Below are positions 28,088 through 32,000 of a stretch of DNA of 32,000 nt, in pieces (position 1 is the first letter of the stretch; the number at the start of each line of letters is the position of its first letter). Under the pieces are notes generated by a model. It did no database searches. It was not told the origin of the DNA and saw only the letters and a list, made by a program, of their open reading frames with translations. The DNA is taken from NCBI GenBank assembly GCA_002794465.1, contig MTSL01000008.1:1-32000 (forward strand), written 5' to 3'. This DNA is from Paramicrosporidium saccamoebae KSL3 (lineage: Eukaryota; Fungi; Cryptomycota). A program made the translations under genes and the position numbers.

Positions 28088-29212
28088 TTATTCGTCTATT
28101 GGAAAATTTAGGATTGCTGCTACGCCCGTCAGCTTGACAAGCTCTGCATCGGGTTCTGATCCAGCGGAAAAGATGGTCACTTGTCCCCCATTCTCCCGAA
28201 CAGTTCCCACTATGTTAGCGTAGAGCCTCCTCTCCTTGGCATCAGTGGAACGAAACAGACTGTCTGAGAGCATCAAATGTTTGACTGCACACTGCTCAGC
28301 TGCAGACTTTACTTGTTTTGCTCCATATGTGGTGCGATCTGGATCGTTAGTGTGCATTTTGTGATAGGCATCCATGACTTTGGCCTCCTTGGCCGCCTTT
28401 GTATCGGCGAGTATAGAGGCAATACGAGGCTCTTTAAGGACTTCTGTGAGTGCGGTTGGCTGACCTGACGATACTGCAACTCGCATAAACTTGGATTTGT
28501 TGTCCAGAATGGCCTTGACGGAATCCTTTTGGGCGCGGTCAATCAGTCTCTTGTAGACCTCATCTTTCAACAGATCACTACCCGCCACTACGACGGCCTT
28601 TAAGGCATCGAATCGGACATGCGCAATCATGGCCTCGACACACTGAACCAAAAACTTTTCCATGGCCTTTTCAGACTGAGAGGTTGGGCCAAACTTTTTC
28701 TTTGGCATTGAAACCTCTACTCGCTGTAATACTCTTGTCCCATGTGGCGACACTGTACAGACATGAGCCAAGCCGTCCTGCATGACAATTGCACCAATCT
28801 CGGTTCTCCCCACCGAGGACAGCGCCTGTTCAAGAATTTCCACCGACAGAGCGTCCCAGGAAGACTTTGTGAGCTTTAGCCATCGGTCTGGTTCAATGTC
28901 GAGGGTGTGGTAGCTCCCCAGTTTCACATGCTTATTCTCCTTTACATTTCTTCCATTCACCCGGAGGCTTGCCGCAGCCAAATCTACGTCCAGCTTCTCC
29001 ACCTTGACGGCAAGAATCATTTTCATTTTCTGGCTGTCAACGACATCACCAGAACTGGACTCTTGGAGCACCTTTCGCAGGGTTACACACTCCACCTCGT
29101 CGCCTGGAGAGATTAGGTTGTAGAGGGCCCAAATGTCGTCAGTGTCATCGGGTGTAATATTTACTGTTCCCTCTGCCAATGCGGCCTTCCAGTTCTTTCT
29201 TGTTATTTGCAT
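28088..29212 (-). CDS. DOM34: Ribosome-rescue factor Dom34/Pelota
   Basis: DDIWALYNLISPGD, LRVNGRNVKENKHVKLGSYHTLDIE, IVMQDGLAHVC, LVKLTGVAAILNFP. Confidence 0.95.
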   Translation of the reverse strand: MQITRKNWKAALAEGTVNITPDDTDDIWALYNLISPGDEVECVTLRKVLQESSSGDVVDSQKMKMILAVKVEKLDVDLAAASLRVNGRNVKENKHVKLGSYHTLDIEPDRWLKLTKSSWDALSVEILEQALSSVGRTEIGAIVMQDGLAHVCTVSPHGTRVLQRVEVSMPKKKFGPTSQSEKAMEKFLVQCVEAMIAHVRFDALKAVVVAGSDLLKDEVYKRLIDRAQKDSVKAILDNKSKFMRVAVSSGQPTALTEVLKEPRIASILADTKAAKEAKVMDAYHKMHTNDPDRTTYGAKQVKSAAEQCAVKHLMLSDSLFRSTDAKERRLYANIVGTVRENGGQVTIFSAGSEPDAELVKLTGVAAILNFPIDE

Positions 29213-29284
29213 GTCGATAAATGAGGGGATTTGTATTTACCGAACAAGGGTTTCCACTAAAAAGGAGCCCTCTAGCGGCTTGGT

Positions 29285-29413
29285 ATGAATCGCTATATAT
29301 CAGCCCTGCACCATGAGTCGCTATCGACTCTGCACCATGAGCCACTATCAATCCCCGCATAAAAATCACTATTAACGCCACACCACAAATCATAAGTCAC
29401 TATCAATCCCCCC
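29285..29413. repeat. Degenerate ~24-bp tandem array upstream of DOM34
   Basis: Units ATGAATCGCTAT...GCACC (29285), ATGAGTCGCTATCGACTCTGCACC (29313), ATGAGCCACTATCAATCCCCGC (29337), ATAAGTCACTATCAATCCCC (29392). Confidence 0.75.
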
Positions 29414-29437
29414 CTAATCTCACCTTGAACAATTTAT

Positions 29438-31711
29438 TCAATATTGGTTGGTAAACCAAGAATTGGATGGCAGACGCTCTCCTCCGTGTTCTTGATACCA
29501 TTCTCTTGTAATCCAAGGCAGTTGGTTGTCTTCCCGACAGAGAAGAGCTGCACCGCGCCAAGTGTCGAGCATCGGATTGGCTCCCAGTGTGATGGAGAGT
29601 GGTGCACCTACTTGGAGTACCGCTCGGAGGTCTCTCTCTAAACGAGCAGCCAGTCCCTCCGCTTGACATGCGCCGCCAGTCAGAAAGACATTTGCAGACA
29701 AAGAGTCCCGCTGGGAGGGATTCAAAATTTTGAGCAAGTCTTCAATGGCTTCTACGAGTCCGGCCTGATCGAGTCCAAGAATAGCACCGGGCTGGAACAG
29801 TCCTTCCACTGCTCGGTATCGTTCCACGTTAACATGAAGCTGATTGGTTCTTGCACTTGGATCATCCCCATCATCTGCAATGCCATTCTTTAATCGATCG
29901 ACAATTGTGACAGCCCTGCTCATCTCTGAAGCAACAATGTCGAAAAATGCATCAGGATCAAACTGTTCCAGCTGTTCTTCAATTTCGCTCAGCCGTTTCT
30001 GAATCTCTTCGTCACGCTCCCCCTCGGCTTCATCGTCTCGACTAATTTGCCGATATATAAGCCAATCGGCATCATTGTCACCAAAGCCATCATTTTCTGG
30101 GGCCTCTGGCTGTTTTGTCGTCTTTTTGCGTTTCGCCGCACTAGACTTGCCATTCGTTTTACCATTTGATTTGCCGCTTGGCTTTTCTTCTTCGTCCTCT
30201 TCGACCAGCGACACGACATTTCTCAATCTCGCGCCAGCAGCTTGGCTTCTTCGGTCTGACAGGGCCTCTTTCTTCTTTTGTCGCAGTTTAATAATTTTCA
30301 ATAATTCCTGCCTCTCAGTGTATAAATCACTCTTCCATCCACTAAAATCATTCAGCCGTCGCTGCTCTAGCGCCTTTTTCTGTTCCTCGACTCGTAAAGT
30401 CTCTACCTCCTTTTCTTTTCTCATCCTTTCGCGGGCTTCCGCAGAGTTTTTCAGCAAGCGTTGCTTCCTCTTTTCCTTAATCTCCTCGGGGGAAAGATTA
30501 GAATCAGGAATATCCACCAACGAGTAATCTGGCGTCTCTTTCGGCTCCTCGATCCCCAACATCCTGTTGAGCTCCTTTTGTTCCGCAACAATTGCAGCCT
30601 GCAGCTCTTCAATGTCCACATAGCCAAATAACCGCAGCTGGTCCATTGACTCTTCCTCTTCTTCATCATTAAACTCTCCATCTGCTCGAATCGTTGCCGT
30701 CTTGGAAACTTGCTTTTCAAGCCTGTTCATCGACTCCAGCTGTTGTTTCTTGGCCTCCAATTTTTCTGCACGTTGTTTTTCTGCGCGTTCTCGTAGCTTT
30801 TGGGCTTGCTCCCTTCTCCTCGCAGTAAGTTGTTCACGAGCTTCTTCTTTTTGTTGCTTCTCTGCGAGCGTCTCGAAAGAGTACGGAAACTGGACCTTTA
30901 TGTCATGCTCAGCGAGAGACGTGTCAGATTGGACCATTCTTGTCAAGGTTTCATCATAATCAAGAGCGAATCGACATGCTCTATGCACTACCTCTTGAGA
31001 CTGCGCAAGTGTCATTTTTGTGGGAAACGCGGGATATTTGCACTGCATCAGCTGGAGCATTGTTTCTGATGCAACATGGCCACCAAAATCGATTCTTTTG
31101 ACGTGCTCGATGCGTCCGTCAAGGATCGCAGTAATAACAGTTGTATAATTTCCAATGGAAATGACCAGAGCATTGTTCGACTGTTTGTTGGCAAACCATG
31201 CCAGCGGGCCATCCGTCCCATAGCAAAGCTTCGGCGCGTTGTAAGCTTCAAATATCAACTCGCTAATCTCCTTTCTGCAACTTGGGGGATTTCCCACAAC
31301 TTCTGTCATAAATATGGGATGCACAATGGACTCGTCTTTGGAGTGGACGTGCAACTTTGAAAACACAGTATCAAGAATATGTTCTAGCGTGGAGGGCTGG
31401 TTAATGACATTTCCGTCTTCATACAATGGCTTGGAAGAGACACGTGCCATTCCCGCCGGTGCTGTTCTGCCGGTCTGAAACTGTGCAGGCTCGCCTGCCT
31501 TGTTCTGAAACCGATGTAGGATGGGATCAAATACTAGCGCAGGCAGGTCTTTGGACGCGTAGCCAGCTCGAAACTGCCACGAGCCCGCATCAACCACCAC
31601 AGCATCATTCGTCCCTGTGGGTTTGTATTTTCCAAGCGCTGGAATACAGTCCGGCACCTCTTTCTGTCGCCAATTAACAGTGGTGAAATCAATAGCACGC
31701 GCTTTTGTCAT
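29438..31711 (-). CDS. ARP5: Actin-related protein Arp5 (INO80 complex)
   Basis: VVDAGSWQFRAGY, HPIFMTE..NP..CRK.ISELIFEAY, long charged insertion, NDADWLIYR, VERYRAVEGLFQP, LTGG, WRGA. Confidence 0.92.
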   Translation of the reverse strand: MTKARAIDFTTVNWRQKEVPDCIPALGKYKPTGTNDAVVVDAGSWQFRAGYASKDLPALVFDPILHRFQNKAGEPAQFQTGRTAPAGMARVSSKPLYEDGNVINQPSTLEHILDTVFSKLHVHSKDESIVHPIFMTEVVGNPPSCRKEISELIFEAYNAPKLCYGTDGPLAWFANKQSNNALVISIGNYTTVITAILDGRIEHVKRIDFGGHVASETMLQLMQCKYPAFPTKMTLAQSQEVVHRACRFALDYDETLTRMVQSDTSLAEHDIKVQFPYSFETLAEKQQKEEAREQLTARRREQAQKLRERAEKQRAEKLEAKKQQLESMNRLEKQVSKTATIRADGEFNDEEEEESMDQLRLFGYVDIEELQAAIVAEQKELNRMLGIEEPKETPDYSLVDIPDSNLSPEEIKEKRKQRLLKNSAEARERMRKEKEVETLRVEEQKKALEQRRLNDFSGWKSDLYTERQELLKIIKLRQKKKEALSDRRSQAAGARLRNVVSLVEEDEEEKPSGKSNGKTNGKSSAAKRKKTTKQPEAPENDGFGDNDADWLIYRQISRDDEAEGERDEEIQKRLSEIEEQLEQFDPDAFFDIVASEMSRAVTIVDRLKNGIADDGDDPSARTNQLHVNVERYRAVEGLFQPGAILGLDQAGLVEAIEDLLKILNPSQRDSLSANVFLTGGACQAEGLAARLERDLRAVLQVGAPLSITLGANPMLDTWRGAALLCREDNQLPWITREWYQEHGGERLPSNSWFTNQY

Positions 31712-31736
31712 CCAGAAACTAAATATATTTAATTTT

Positions 31737-32000
31737 ATGTCTACTGATTGGGTACCAAAGCCAACTGTCGGAGCTGTTCCTCAGCGAGTGGAGCGGTATG
31801 GCTTTTCTCCCGTCAGTCTCCCGACCAAGCCGGACTATGCAAAAGACCCGCGTGTGATTGAACTGGGTGAGCGGCTGATGAAGGAAGTCTTAAAAGGGAA
31901 CGGGCGAGACCTTCCAGACCCTTGGGCGAGACGCTACGCGTGGAGGAACCATCCGTTTTACTCACCAGTCAACGTGTTGAGGAATGCATTCCCTGGACTG
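31737..32000 (+). CDS. NDUFB3: Complex I B12 subunit-like, 3'-truncated by the window edge
   Basis: Open to the edge; DPWARRYAWRNHPFYS...NAFPGL matches the fungal B12 pattern DPW.R.EAWR...F...FPG. Confidence 0.72.
   Translation, partial: MSTDWVPKPTVGAVPQRVERYGFSPVSLPTKPDYAKDPRVIELGERLMKEVLKGNGRDLPDPWARRYAWRNHPFYSPVNVLRNAFPGL

Overview
Gene-dense eukaryotic DNA with ultra-short introns (30-39 nt) and head-to-head gaps as small as 25 bp. The architecture and gene content resemble a compact early-diverging fungal or Cryptomycota genome (Paramicrosporidium-like; inference, not verified). The ORF track uses TTG/GTG starts and ignores introns, so gene models were rebuilt by hand. Protein genes: Sbp1/Tcg1-like RRM protein, CIA1, STE7-like MEK, FAM32A, PX-BAR sorting nexin, CHD1, catalase, PP2A-A, RIO2, IPI1, ERV41, IPI3, type II NADH dehydrogenase, RPS3, TMED2, DOM34, ARP5, partial NDUFB3 and three hypothetical proteins, plus tRNA-Trp(CCA). 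The main hidden signal is non-coding. Every well-supported long intron carries a box C/D snoRNA: a U18/snR18 homologue, and a three-member family of unrecognised snoRNAs. One member of that family lies in the RPS3 intron. The other two lie in an unannotated four-exon non-coding host gene on the opposite strand just downstream of RPS3. One guide matches the sarcin-ricin loop. Other oddities are a GG-AG catalase intron, a foldback MITE-like element, a 74-bp triplication of the RIO2 start, and a dispersed intergenic repeat family. All rRNA target matches use conserved eukaryotic rRNA sequence recalled from memory, not this organism's rRNA.
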